Shown: piece after piece, positions 12,101 through 25,068 of the stretch
How the letters are laid out: every line of letters begins with the position of its first letter
How positions within the stretch are numbered: position 1 is the first letter of the stretch
Assembly (NCBI GenBank): GCA_905178155.1
Contig: CAJINV010000007.1
Coordinates: forward strand, 2,895,151-2,959,150
Direction: 5' to 3'
Source: Amoebophrya sp. A120
Taxonomy: Eukaryota; Protista; Dinoflagellata
DNA: 64,000 bases
Program-made: the position numbers and the translations under genes
Notes under the pieces: model-generated
What the model was told of the DNA's origin: nothing
Database searches by the model: none
Seen by the model: the letters and a program-made list of their open reading frames with translations, nothing else

Positions 12101-15100
12101 TAAAAGAAAATCGAGAGCACCAAGGAAAAGCGTAGACAGCGAAGCAACACCGGAATCGACTGCTGCCTGTCACTGTCTTCACTGTCTTTTTCTATATCAC
12201 AAACTGCTACTGTTAAAAATGCTTTGCGTATATTGATTTCTTCGTGGTGTAGAATGTGCGACATGCAATTCCACTTGGAACGTCTCGACCAAGGTGGCAG
12301 ATGCAGTAGCTCTAGTTCCATTCATTTTTACTTTAGTACTTGTTTCTGTTTTGAGAACTTTAGTAAAGTACGATGAAAACCGAAAGAAGCGCGCGGGGTC
12401 GTCGTCGCTTTTTTTTTATTGCGGTCTTCAAAATGCAAAGGTATCAGAGAAACGATTAGGAAGAGCCTTTACTGGCTCGCGTAGAAGTGCTGGATAAGGA
12501 TTGAGTAGTAAGGTAAAAACCGGTAGTTATCTCGTAGAACTACCGTCTGCGTTGACGGTGATATGAATCTTATCGACGCCGAGACAGTGCCTTGACATTG
12601 GACGTCTGGTTCTTTTCTAAAATAATTGCGAATGAGCATGTAAATTGCTTATGGTTTAAGTAGCTTTGCTTCCTACCTCCACCACTCGCGCGCGGGAGCA
12701 GCTCCCGGTGAGGCAACGCCAACGGAACTACCAGCGAGATTGTCAGCGCTGCCAAGTGTGTTGTTCACAGTTTCAGTCACTACAGCACAGCTTTTCTCCT
12801 CGGAAAGAGCACCCGTTCCTGCACCGAACCCCGCCTGGGTCAAAGCATCGGCCAGAATGTGCTCGAGAGGAGGCACTGTGGCATGATCTTGTTTCATCTG
12901 GGCGCTACTGATATTAGGCTGCAGGTCGCTACTCGTCTGCTGCTGCTCTTCACGCTGCTCCACGTTTTGCATCGCCACGCCTGCTCCGGTGTGGTGCTGG
13001 TAGTTGTCGACTTGTTGCCGCAGAAAGCCCAAAAGTACCTCGTCAGGCTGGTTCTCCGCAACTTGGTTGTTGTAGTGTATGCAATACAAGTTTCCCGCAC
13101 GCGCACACATACAAAATGCATGACAAATTTCGCCAAGATAGAGCAGCATGCCGCTCGTCATTCTAAACAGAAGTGAAGAAGGTAAGTTTTTCCATGCAGA
13201 AAAAGAAACCGCAAACCGCATAAGTACGTCGTCGTGTACGGTAAATTTACTGTGGATATTGTACTGAGTATGCCAGTAATTATCCACATATTCGGTTTGT
13301 TGCTTCTCTCCCGAGCCTTTCCCGCCCCAAGCGCCTCCATCGCCGGCAAATTCTGCGTCTGCCCCCGGCTGCAGCTGCCCGTGGTAATCTTCATGCCCTC
13401 CGCCCTTGAAGATATTCAATTCCCCTTTGCCGCGGTTCGCCTTTCCACCTTTGTGGCGCTGCCAGTAATAGAAGTCCTCTGGCGTTCCCCTGCGGCCGGA
13501 CTGATAGTTGTTGTAGTAGTAGCCGTCATGATTACAACTGTGGTCGTAGGTGTAATTCTTCCCACCGAAAACACGGTAATGGTCCCAGTGGTCCTTGGCA
13601 TGCGCATACGGCCCTCGTCGGGGCGTCGTGGTTGGACGATAGTTACGGTGTTGATGTTCTCCCTGTTGAGCGCTATTTTTCCCTCCGTAGCCGGACGTGT
13701 TGGTAGGCTCCTGTTCTTGGTCCGTCTTTGGGGGGCCCGAGGGGCTCTTTCTCCCATAGTGAACGTTCGGGAAGTTGGCTAGTGTGGAAAAAGACTTACC
13801 TCCTTTGTAGTTGCTGCTCGGATGATGAAAATTGTTTCCCTTGTAGCTGGAATACGGCGAGTGGCCGTAGTTGTAGCCCCGTCCTCGGGATGTTGAATCA
13901 TTTTCTTCATGTTGCTTCATTCCCTTTGTTCCTTGACCACAATGAAGATAGTCGTTGTATCCGTGTTTATTGCCGCCCTTGTGGAAGTAGTAGTTGCTCT
14001 TGCTGTTTTCAACATAAGTGGTGCCGCCGCGGTGCCAATCCTGATCTCTACCGTTGTTTCTACCTTTCATGTTGAAGTGGTCCGAATTATTATAACAGGA
14101 TTTCCAGTGGTCGTTCTTGCCCTTGTTCCAGGACGGCCGATTGTGGTTCTTACTGCTAGAATTGTCCCCTTTGTTGTTTGTCTCTGAGGAGGTCTTCGGG
14201 TGGAGCTCCGCATCTTCATCTGCAGCAGCTGCATCCCGAGTAGAAGATGCCATCGTGTCGGGCAGTCTTTCTTTTTCGCCACTGGAGGTACTATCCTTCT
14301 GTAGCGGTGAGGCAGAAGATAATTGCTGGTCCTTCTCCTCCACTGCTCCACTGGTTGTAGATCGTGAAATTGCATCTGCGTTCATCTCGATACAATTTTC
14401 TGCAACTTCTGTCGCAGGAACATCTTCGCAGCTCATGATCTTACTAATACCGGTCAACAAGCTTTCATGTTCTACTTCCTGATCCTGGCCAACACCAAAA
14501 GTGAGAGCAGCAGCCTTGTCGCTACTGTCAGCTGCTGCATCAGCTTCGGTTTTATTGTTATTCACGTTGCCCTCGTCCGCGTCCATCGCACTACCACTGG
14601 CTTCGGGTTCTTGTACTCCCACAATCGAGGACGTCGATATCAAATGCAAAAATGTCTGGGTCTGGAAGATTGCGAGATTTGTGATGCTTGTCTGGGATGA
14701 CCAAAAAGTTTGTGATGCGTGTCCAAGAAGATACCCTTTTGTCTGTCATGCAAAAACGCAGTTTGTCATGCGAAAAACGCAACACAACGAAGCGCAGATA
14801 TTTCTCATGCTCGGCTGGGCATTACAGAGCATTCACTATTCCCAACGCAGCGTCACAAGTTTCCAGACCCAGACACTTTTGCATTTGATAGTCGAAGCTG
14901 ATGAAAAATCATGGCTAGCCGTCTTTTTCAACATGAGCCGCGAAACCGGAATACCTTCTTCACTTTTTTCAACCTGTATGGATGTGTCAGGATCGAAATC
15001 GTCAAAGTTGAAATAGTTTGTCACGCATAAAATGCAACGCAGAGAGTGCCTGTCTTGCAGAGTAGGCAAGCGAGGCAGATTGTAAGCCTGTTTCGGGGTA

Positions 15101-18100
15101 GAAATAGAGCTGCTAAAGTAGCATGACAAAAGGCGTACTCCTTACCCAAACAGCATTACAGACTGGATTTCGATTCTACTGAAATTTGTCATGCGCCGCT
15201 TAGAAATTGGGCTTCCAACTGGTATCCATTTTATGCATTGCAAGTTATTTCAACTTTGTCGATTTCAACTCTGACACATCCATAACCTGTTCGGAAAAAA
15301 TACTCCCGCTCGCTGCACTGAATTCCTGGTTCATCTCGTCAAAACTTTGCTTCGCCTGTTCTTGTTTTAGTATTTCTATCGCAAGAAAAAAGTGTTTCAC
15401 TGTGAACTTGTGATGCATAGAAGGGAACGCAAATGTGTTTGTTTTGCTATACATGCAAGACATTGGATTTTTCGCCGTGTTTTCCCTTAGGAAGCACGCA
15501 TGCCAAGTTTTCTTTGTCATGTGTAGCAAACTTGTGATGCAGATCCTGCAAAATCATCACAGTGAAACAGTTTTTTCGTGGGATAATTTCCACCCCGTCA
15601 ATACTAGCAGTTGTTGCATCTCCTCCTGGAGCTGCTCCTGCTTCCTGGTTGTGAAGAACAAGAGCCACCTCATGCTCCGTGTGTTTCCTTCGTTTGCGGT
15701 TAATAAACGCACACTTCGCAAGGTGTTTGTCCTGCCCGTTCAAAACCGCCTCCCGCATCGTTGTGTAGGCATTGCCGATTCGCCGCGAAGTCTTCCCCCC
15801 GTCATCATCGTCGGGGATGATCACGCGGGTGATTGCCTGGCTCGGAGCGGATTGCGACTTACGTCTCTTCTTGTGGTGCCAACTCGATGAAACACTCGAA
15901 ACATCCGCCCGCTCAGGCGTCTCTGGTAGAATTACCCGCTCGATTTTATGAAATTCCTTGACAACCACTTCTACAGACTCTTCGTCTTTCAGCAGCTTCT
16001 CCTTGTTTTCCTTTTGCTCAGCTTTCATCACAATAGAACTACTACCAGCGCAGTCATCATCACCCGTCGAACCCGGCGTGGGTCCGTCCACCTGCTGGTC
16101 CCGGGAAGCTTCTTTTTTTACGTCCGGACTGGTAGTAGTTGTACTTGTAGCGATGATACTGGTACTACTAGTAGACACAAGGCTCCTGTCGGAATTGTTT
16201 TTTTCGGCAGAAGAGACCACTGTTGCACTGGCTACACTGGCACTGTTTGTGCTGGCAACGACGTCATACATGCTCATCTCAGCGGAGGACTTGTTTTCAG
16301 CATGATCTTCTGGAGTGTTCTTGTTCCCTAATTCGACATAGCCTTGCGCAGGACGAGTTGTCGTTGTGCGTCCTCCGGAACAAAGAGTCTCGACTTCCGA
16401 CGCTGCGTCTTCAAATTTTATCTCCTTGCTGTCATCTACAGGCTCTTCCTCTTCTGGCGAACGATCGCTGGCACCGCAACTCACAAAATCGCCACTAAGG
16501 CTGGTTTCTTTCGCCGCTGGTAGAACAACCGCGGTTGCTGGCCCAGTTTCATCAGCTGCAGGGGAAGAAGAGGTCGTGGCCACGGTAGCACCACCAGCAG
16601 CTGCAGCACGACCAATATCATCTTCGACAACAGCAGGAAGACCAGGAGCCACATTCGCAAAAGTTCTCATACTGTCGGGTGCAATAGTACTGTCCTCAAC
16701 AACAAAATTTTTTGCATCATCAGGCTGTTGTACGGCTTTTTCTGTGCTGTCCAGTTGTTCCTCCTCTGCTGCTGCTTCGGGCAGTTGTTCCTCTTTTGCA
16801 GATGAAGCTGTCGTGGCAGGAGCAAAGGGTCGCTCTGCCACCTTCCCAGCAGAAACACCCTCCATCTCAACGAGACCTTGTCGTGGTCCTGCGTCCTCGC
16901 ATGCAGCTGCAATGGTACTAGACGAGTTGTGAAGATGGTCCGGGAGGACCACGACGCTCTTCTTGCCGCAAGATGACATATTATTGGTGTTGCAGCAGCT
17001 TGCCTCAGGGCTAGTGCTGCAGGGCGAATCTTGCAGCACACTCCCTATTTCATTCGTCGAGCTGTCTTGTTTTAGCTCGTGAGGACCACCAGCAGTTCCC
17101 TCCTCGTCAGCAGCTGCAGGGTTTATTTTCATAGCTGCGTCTTCTACCTCGCAAGAAGGTGTAGCAACAGCTGCAGTTGTGTTCATCACGTCGGTAGTTT
17201 CGCTGTTCTGAAGCGGCTCCACTGGCTTGTCCTGTTTCAACTCGGTGTTGCTTGGATTAATTTTCACAACATCCTCTTCACTCTCCTGCAACATGATCTC
17301 CTTGGTACTGTGGTCCTTCTCGTCAGTTTCCGGCGGCGCAGCGTTTGATGCAGTAGTAAACGCGGACTCGGTACGAGACTTCTTCTTGTTCATTTTTCTT
17401 TTGTTTCTGCCGCTGTTGTTGCTGGGCCCCTTTTTGGCGTTTGTTCCGTTCTGCTTTCCACTCGCACTCGCGTCGGCGGCCGCAGAAGTAGATCTAGATG
17501 CACACGACGATGCCATCGGCGCAAAATTGTGTCGACTGCTCTTCCGGGTATTGTTTCCATTCTTGTTTCCGCCCTTTTGATTCCGTTTATTCCGGTCATT
17601 CTTATCATTCTCCATCTCCGCAAACCAATCACTCGGCGGCCCGAAAACTTGTCGCTGGTGCGAAAGAACGTCAGAGGGCTGGTGAGGAAAATTGCCTTTG
17701 GTGTGCCCTTTATTGAAAAACGCCCAATTATTGCTGTAGTTGTTGTGCTTGTCCTTATTTTTCCCGCCCTTCAACATCATTCCAGCAGCAGGAGCCATGT
17801 AGCTGTGATAGCTCTCACTCATTCCCTTCGCAGGACCACAGCCCCAAGAATTCTTATCTTTCCCCCACGAATCGTACTGGTGATATTTGTAGTGGTCGCC
17901 GTTGTTGTAGCTCGCGGAGACAGAAGGGGACATCATCTTGCCAACTTGAAGATCCCAATGGTGACCACCCGGACTGCCGTTCGGGTAAAAAGAACCTCCG
18001 CTGGAAGTGGTAGTAGATCCAGCGCCCAGCGGCGTCGCCGCGGTGGTGATGGGCGTTGGACCATTGGTCGTGTCTGCGAGCAGGCTTTCGAGGTCGAGGT

Positions 18101-21100
18101 TAAGGTTATTCAAAAGTTGTGAACAAGATGAAGGTGAACACGAAGTAGTAGGCCCAGAAGCTTTATAATGGTGAAGATCATTGTTTTCCTCGCCGGGCGC
18201 AGATGTTGACCCCCCGATCGCAGCCAGGATGAGCTTTTCCGCCTCAGCCATGAAGTTACTAGGTCGATCATTCGCTTGATGAGCAGGAGGTGCGGACGAT
18301 GCAGGAATCACCAGCCCCTGCTCTTCGAACGTCGGCGACGAGGTGCACATCGACAAAAGCTGGGTAATTTCCTCACTTGCCGTCATGTTCTGCAGGTTTG
18401 CATTTGTATTTGCGACTACACCCTGCGACTGCAACATTGCGGCCGGGCCGTGGGAGCCTCCCCCAGTCTGCGGTACTAGACCTAGTTCGGACAGGAGGTT
18501 AGAGGTTGTACTAGCGGCTGTAGCAGCAGATAAAGCCGCTGTTGACGCACCGTCTGGCAGGGAGGACGTTGTGGCAGAGATCGCGTGGCTCTTGTGAGAA
18601 CGCACACCGCTCTGCTGTTCATTTTCTTGCCCACAGCCGCCCGCATTGGTCAGAGCACTGGCAAAGGCCGCGTTGATGAGTTTGTCCGTTTCTGTTTCCG
18701 TAGCGTTGATCCTATCCGACGTCGAGGTGGTACTACTGCTCTGCTGGGACTTTATCTTGTCAACACCTGTGAGCAGTGGACCACCATTTTTTCCGGCGGC
18801 TCCGTCTGGTGCGCCGCTGGAACTGGTAGGCATCTCTTGCAAGAAATCTGTTCCTTTGTGTTCATCATGACTCGCCCACCCAGATTCCGGACTGCTGCTC
18901 TCCGCGCCCAGCATAAACGGCGTGCAAACTACGGACGAGCCTGGGGTCGCTGATTCTTGCAGCTGCCCCGGCGAAGATGAACCTTTGGTATTCACGGAGT
19001 TCTTCATGGTCCCCGCCGCACTTTTCGGCTCATACGACGAAGAGCCATCCCCGGAGAGGGAAGTGACGGGCATTTTCGGTGTGGCGTCCCATCCCGTGGT
19101 GACGATCTCGCAGTCTTTGAAGCGGCTAACCTCGGACGGAGCGGTGGCGGTTTCGGGGATCTGCAATTGCCCGTCGTTCATGTTGCTGTTAAACTTGTTC
19201 CCGTTGTGGTAATCCTGGTAGGCGTAATTTATCATGTACCATTCCGTGAACGAGAGGCGCGGAGGCGGACCACCGGCAGCGCTGCTGTAGTCGTCTCCCT
19301 GTGCTGCGACGACAGCACCCGGAGAAATAGCTGCCTCTGGAAGCTGATCTCCTTGTGCTGCATCACCAGCCTGTAGCTGATGTGTCGTCGTGGCCGCCCC
19401 CGTAGAAGAAGACGCCGTCGCTGTACTAGAGGAACTACCACCGTTGTTCCTTTTCAACACGGGTGACGGGACCGGTAAAACGCTGCTCTTCCTCATCGAC
19501 TTTTGTTTTTTGGAAGCAGAACCTGTCTTCTTCTGCTCCTTCTTGGAGGTGGACCACGGTGCTGCATTTTTTTTACCGCATACTTCTACTCCGGTAACGA
19601 CCCCTTCCAACCCGGCACGGTAAGAGGTATTGCCCGCGATGCTTTTGCGCTTCATAGTAGGTTGTTGCATTCGATTTTCCCTGCTGCTGGGGTCTTGCTC
19701 TACTGATTTTCCCGCGACAGGCAAGGACTGTAGTTCTCCTTGCTGTAGTAGTTCCACCTCCTCGCCCTTGCCGTTATTGTTGAGTCCCTCTCGTTCGATG
19801 ACCTGCTGCAATTTCTGGAAGAGCAGCGGCTTTTCCTCACCGGTCGTGCAGTCGTCCGGGTCGTTGTTTTTTTCTGCCTTCTCTTCCTCGAGGATCTCCC
19901 TCATCACGTCCAGTACGAGTTTACGGTCCACGTCTTCGCCTGTCCGGGACCAGATCGGCCCGTCCACCTCGATGGCCAGCAAGATCGTCCGGCTGGAGGC
20001 CTGCGGGAGCTCCCGCTGGACCACGCGGGCGGCGCGCTCGGACGCGGTTTTGCAGCTTTTGTTCGCCTGCTTCATCATCTTCGTCTGGGGTCCTCGTTGG
20101 GAACAGTATTTATTCTCGGCGTCGGTAATCACGACGAAGGGCTTGCCGTTATTGCAGAGGAGGCTCTTTGTCTTCAAACACGTTTTTAAATCGCTGAAGG
20201 CGATTTGGAAAAAGTCGTTGTCGTAGTCAAACTTGATCAGGTAATCCGTGCCCGCCAGGTCGTCATCCGGGGTGACAGGAGCGTGGTTGTTTAGGATCAT
20301 CTTCCGGGGCCTCTTGTCCACGTCTCGCTTGTTGTAGTACTTGCTAGTACTTTTATTTTTGTGCTTTTTCCCCTTACCTTTATTTGTGCAGGACTCATCT
20401 TCCGGAAGATGGCTCTGATTTGTTTTTTCGTTTTTACCTTCCTCCAGCATCCAACCGCCGACCAGCGCCTGCAAAACTTCGTCCCCTAACCATGATTTGA
20501 TGCTGGCTTTGTCCACGTACGGCTTTATCCCGTTCAGTTTCAGGGTAGGGTAATTCATCATCATCTCCACCTCCTGCGCGTCGGAGTTGTCAGCTCCGCC
20601 TCGTGATTTTTCTTCTTTCAGGTTAGCGGGCTCTTGTGGTACCTCGTCCACACAAGGAAAAGTAATAGGAGCCGGCGCAGGAGAAAGAGGTGAAGCAGGA
20701 GGTTCGACTGCAGCTGCTTCTCCTTGCTCCACGTTGTTGTTCTTGAAAGGGGTAATATTTTCATCTCCGGTGGAAAGAGGTAGAACAGATTCATCGCGAT
20801 CCTCCCGCTCTTGCTGCGTCTCAACTGCAATGATATCACTGGAAGTATTGTCAGGGACGCCGCCGTCGCTATCCATCGCTACCTTTTCGCCCGACGAGTT
20901 TGTTCGGTCCAAGTGCAATTCCATCTCTGCCACCCGTTCCCCTTGCAGCGCGTCTTGAGCACCCGGAACGACAGCTGCAACTGGAACTGCCACACTGGAG
21001 ATGATTTTGTCTCTAGAAGGATCATCTTCACTTTCCTTTTCACGACCCACGGATCCAAATATCAAACCACCATCTCGCGCCCCCTCCGCACCAACACTGC

Positions 21101-24100
21101 TGTCATCTTGTGCCCCGTCGATTTTCAAGATTTTCGTTTTCCTTGCGCGCACATTTGTAGTCGTTTCCGCATCCTCAGAGAGCGGCTGGTCGAGGTCCTC
21201 GTGGTCCTGTGAAGTGCAAGTAGACAGGGCGGTGGAGAAAAAATGTTGAAACGACTCGAGTTTATTATCGTCTTCCTTGTGCAAAAGCAAAGAAGAAGAA
21301 CTGAAGTGCTCCTGTTCGCCTGGAGCAGGTTGACAGCTCCTTTTCGGCGACGAAGGTCCTCTTCCCGGAGCATCGTGACCGTCGATAGCGGGCCGCTTAT
21401 TGCCCGTCGTCGTGGCACTTGCTGCTCCCGTCCTAGCTTGCGGGTCTGAAGAATCTAACCTGCGGTCATGCGGTTCCTGGTTGATCAGAAATGTCGACGA
21501 ACTCGAACTCGCTTCCGCAACATGAAGATCATCTACTTGTTCCGCTGCAAGATGCAAAGCGCCTTCCAGCAGCCCGCTCTTCCCCTCTCGCGCGGGCTTG
21601 GTTTCGTCACCGTTGCTGGTGGGAGTCACCATGACAAATCGCTTTGGGTGTTTGGTTTCGATAAACAAAACGGAAAAAAAATATTTACATCCGAGTCGTA
21701 GATGACCCGTTCGATAGTAATGGATTATCGATACGTTGTGTACGAAAAAAAAATGAGCAATCACGATGAAAAATTTTGGAATGACGTAGGAAATAGTTTT
21801 TTGATAATTGGAGACAATTCTCAAAGGGCGATCGATTTATCATGTAATGGTTCGATATCGCGTACCGCCTGTCACGGCAATATCATACTTGATGCGACGT
21901 CGAGTGACCAGTCACTTTAGCACGTAAAAAATTGTTGCAATGATCTCCTGCACACAGAAAGCGCACAGAAAATCATGGAAGTTGGTAATGTGAAAATTGT
22001 AAAACTAAGTAATAATCATGCAAGAAAGATAGAATAAGGTTGTCTTTGACATTCAACTTTTGAGGCCTTGCCCTTGCGCGCTGGCGGAGCGAGGCGGAGC
22101 ATAAAAAAGTAGATAATTATTCTGCGTAGAATCTGGCTGACCTTGAAAGGGGTGCTGTATAGCCTCAATTTTCAGCAGCACTGTCAACTTTCTAAACCTG
22201 TAGGAGTCGCGGTTGACAACTTCGAAAGATTGAGGTTAAAGAAAATCATTTGTCGGTCGCGAAAATATTTCGTATTTCTCGAAAAATGTAATCAGAAAGT
22301 CTGAAATCCAAAAAACCACTGAAAAACACTATGGCATAAAACTTTTGCTGTCGTCGCTATACGTGGTTTTCGCCGTGCTTTAATATCTTTCGTGCTTAGT
22401 GATATACTACTGTGCGTCTTTCTTTCCACGTCCAACCCGGATACTTTTCATTTCTGAGAAGTAACAAACAAGAAAGTTAGCAACTTCTAAACTGTAACTT
22501 CTACACTACTGAAATTCATACTACAACTTAGACGAAATTTGAAGGGGTTCTTCGCACTATCCTATTTTTCTAGGTGTAAAATGGTACAAGTCGCAAAGAC
22601 GAGCAAGCGCTGTCTTTATTCAACAAAAATCGCTGTGGGTCACATTGCAGTCCCACAATATCACTTCAACGCGACTATATTGAGAATGAGAGGCTGAAGT
22701 AGGTTGAGTCAGAGCTTGTCATGCAACAGAACACATTTCATCAGTGCCAAGCAAGAAAACAATACCACTGCCCATTATCACTACGTCGCCTTCATGCGCC
22801 GTGAAGCAATGCACTGCGGATCCCTCTTGAATGACCTTTTTTTTGGCGTGATGCACCAGTTACAACTAGATCTTCTTCTTTTTCGCTGCTACTGTCGATC
22901 GGACCTGCTGTGAGGTACCGACAAAGACAAAAATGCCAGTAAGTGTAGAAAACAGAGAAGCCTGATGCGTCCGATTATGTATGGATCTTTGTCTCAACTT
23001 CATGTTGTTCGCCTCGCTTTCAAACCAACGCTGTTGAGTAAGCTGCCCTAAAAACGCATTGCATGCGCTAGGTGAGCTGATCTAAGAGAGAAGATAGATC
23101 TGATAACGCAAGGTCCAAGGCAAGAGCCCTTGTCGAGGCAGACATCAAAAATAGCGTTACGATAAAAGGCTTCTCATACTAATGTGGCGGCTACTTTTGG
23201 TAATTCAAAAACCTCTACTTTGTGCTCCTTATCGTACCTCAAGCGCTATGTCCTCGTCGAAGTCTTCGTCTATTCGTGCATCGACGCGCGCCACCTGCAA
23301 AGGCGCTTGCTTGTGCCCACCTATCCTTTGCATATCGGTGTTGAAGACCTTTTCGTTCATTTGGTTTGCGCATCATGAAGAACAAACTCCCCCAATGAAC
23401 TTGTCCTCTCTAGCCCATTGTGCATGACAGGCAGAGTCATAAAGAAGTTCGCAATCGCAACAGTTGTACAGAAGATACCCGCTCGAGTGGTGCGTTGACA
23501 GCACTCCTGCGCAGCAACAGCATGCCACAGTCTCCTATCGACAACACCGCGATCATGGGGTGGGTCTTGCCGTGCACCTTCGTCATGTTGTCCAGTGCGC
23601 ACAGCATTATCGTTGTCGAGCCCAAGGCGGAAGTTGATTCGTACGCGTCGGTGAGGAGGGAAACGGGGCCCTTGTATCTGGTACAACAGTGTCAACATCT
23701 TGATCAACTACATGCCGTCGCACTTCTATTTTTGCTTGTTGTAGGTCGGTACTAACTTCTAGGATCGCTCGCATGCTGCACACCTGCTTCACAAACTGTG
23801 CTAAAGCAAGAGGCGACCAGCAAGTTGTAAACGCATTCGCAAAATAAGCTCGTCCTGTAGGAACCAACATGACTCCGATCTGCTATAAATACATTTCCTT
23901 CGGTTTGCTGTGCAAACTTTTCTCCTCGGGCATGAGCTGCTGGTAGGCCAGCTCTTCGCAGGCCCGGCACAGGGCGTCCGGAAGGTCCATGGGGTTGTAG
24001 CCGTATTCTTCCAACTGACTCACTCCGTCCATAACTCCGGTCAGCATGGGCGTGGTGATGACCGCATCCGCGAACGTGGCCTTCATTGCCACCTTCTGCG

Positions 24101-25068
24101 GGTTATGGAAGTGTCAGAATCGAAATTGACAAAATCGAAAAACTTGTGATGCATAAAATCGATATCAGTTGGAGCCTCAGTTTCCAAGAGGCGCATGACA
24201 TGCTGTTTGGGCACCCAAAGCCAGTCTGTCATGCTGTTTGGGCAAAGAAGACTGCTCCTGTCATGCTACTTTGGCGGCGCATTGTATACCCCGAAACAGG
24301 CTTGCAATCGGTTTTATTTGCCTGCTCCCCAATGGATGCAGGCCTTCAGTGCCCTACATTTTATCATGCGTCACAATTTTTTCGATTTTGTCGATTTCGA
24401 TCCTGACACATCCATACGGGTGGATGTCCCCGTAGGACTCGGACTGGAAGCAAAGCGCCACATCCTTATCAAATGCCAAAATGTCTGGGTCTGGAAGATT
24501 TCTAGATTTTTCAGGCATATTTTCCATGACCCATGATGTCGGTGATGCATGCCGTAGCATCACAGATTTTTAGAGCGCTTTGTGATACCTCTACCGCATG
24601 AGAAACGCCATCTCCGCGTAAGTAGCACAAACTGGAGTCCTCTTGCTGGTCATGCAATACAAATTTTTTCAGAATCCAGAGACAGCATCACAAGTTTAGA
24701 AGGTTCCTTCCAGACCCAAACACATTTGCATTTGATAATCCTTCTTCCGTTGCCACGTCGCTTCCACGGTTTCCCGTTCGTCCTTTTTGAACTCGGCGAG
24801 ATTGTTATCCAAGAAAGAAACTGTGTAAGTGTAACTTTGTGTTGCAGACGTTGCAATACAGTTACACTTGTCATGCTGGATGTGCATCAGAGGCTATTTT
24901 CATACGTGTTTTCGCGTACTAGCTACGCATAACAGGTTTTCTCTGTTATGCAGAGCAAATCTGTAATGCTGTTCCTGCAAAAAAGTTACACTTACACACT
25001 TTTTTCCTTGGATAATTGTGGCGCTGCTGCTGCGTGCCGACAAGAAACGTCGACGCGCGCTGGAGCAT
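9175..25068 (-). CDS. PTC7-like PP2C (PPM) protein phosphatase; ~12 exons, including an 11.5-kb intron
   Basis: The spliced protein has the PTC7 motifs in order: IHPQK..FADA, GVMDGV, AYESTSALGSTT, SIGDCG, APLQV, EGDVVIMGS|DGVFDNL, TPFGYGGKADDTTCV. ATG at 25068; last exon and stop (9207 or 9175) uncertain. Confidence 0.85.
9901..10223. mobile_element. Introner family D (323 nt), opposite orientation to the 4412 copy
   Basis: TATC..GAAAAGTCCCCCCTTCCCCATA / TATGGGGAGGGGGGATTTTTC..ATA; TSD TCCCT; frame restored (PGGTDTV). Confidence 0.9.
10916..11163. mobile_element. Introner family C (248 nt)
   Basis: TGTCTGGGTCTG / CAGACCCAGACA TIR core; TSD AGGAC; frame restored (TPSSSSSAY). Confidence 0.88.
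12673..21632 (-). CDS. Very large (~2,700 aa) low-complexity protein with a possible degenerate RRM-like segment and N/G/K/Y-rich regions; nested in the PTC7 intron
   Basis: ORFs 15447..21824 and 12673..14649 join via exons 15285-15371 and 14891-14971 once three introners are removed (DGVEI|LKQEQ...SEQV|EKSEE...SAST|SSIVG). It may continue past a GT at ~12675. Confidence 0.8.
13078..13258. mobile_element. Old, in-frame, stop-free introner hidden inside the ORF
   Basis: TATGCAATACAAGTTTCCCGCACGCG vs reverse complement of the right end TATCCACAGTAAATTTACCGTACACG; contains GCATGACA; 181+5=186 nt, so the ORF reads through an out-of-character hydrophobic peptide. Confidence 0.6.
14638..14890. mobile_element. 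Introner family C (253 nt)
   Basis: Near-perfect 30-bp TIR TATCAAATGCAAAAATGTCTGGGTCTGGAA; TSD GTCGA. Confidence 0.93.
14977..15284. mobile_element. Introner family B (308 nt) whose TSD creates canonical GT-AG sites
   Basis: TIR TATGGATGTGTCAG; TSD ACCTG (CAGGT on the coding strand). Confidence 0.93.
15377..15585. mobile_element. Introner family E (209 nt)
   Basis: TATC.CA.GAAAAAA.TGTTTCACTGTGA inverted at both ends; TSD ATTTC. Confidence 0.9.
24104..24416. mobile_element. Introner family B (313 nt), reversed relative to the other three B copies
   Basis: TIR TATGGA.GTGTCAG; TSD CGGGT; removal gives DIHPQKVA. Confidence 0.93.
24467..24737. mobile_element. Introner family C (271 nt)
   Basis: TATCAAATGC..TGTCTGGGTCTGGAAG TIR; TSD ATCCT; removal gives RKKDVAL. 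Confidence 0.92.
24806..25014. mobile_element. Introner family E (209 nt)
   Basis: TATCCAAG..AAA.TGTGTAAGTGTAACTTT TIR; TSD ATTGT; removal gives QRHNLAEF. Confidence 0.92.

Larger units (their letters stand above)
11239..22765 (-). other. Giant GT-AG intron (11,527 nt) of the PTC7-like gene, hosting a nested gene
   Basis: Donor ...ATG GGC AGT G|GTATT at 22765 and acceptor CTTCAG|AC GGC GTG TTT GAC AAC at 11239 rebuild M-G-S-D-G-V-F-D-N. Confidence 0.8.

Noticed and set aside
12673-21824. The nested gene as a transposase or giant transposon, or as two separate genes
   Set aside because: No DDE, RT or recombinase motifs and no bounding TIR/LTR found by eye; the two ORFs join in frame after introner removal
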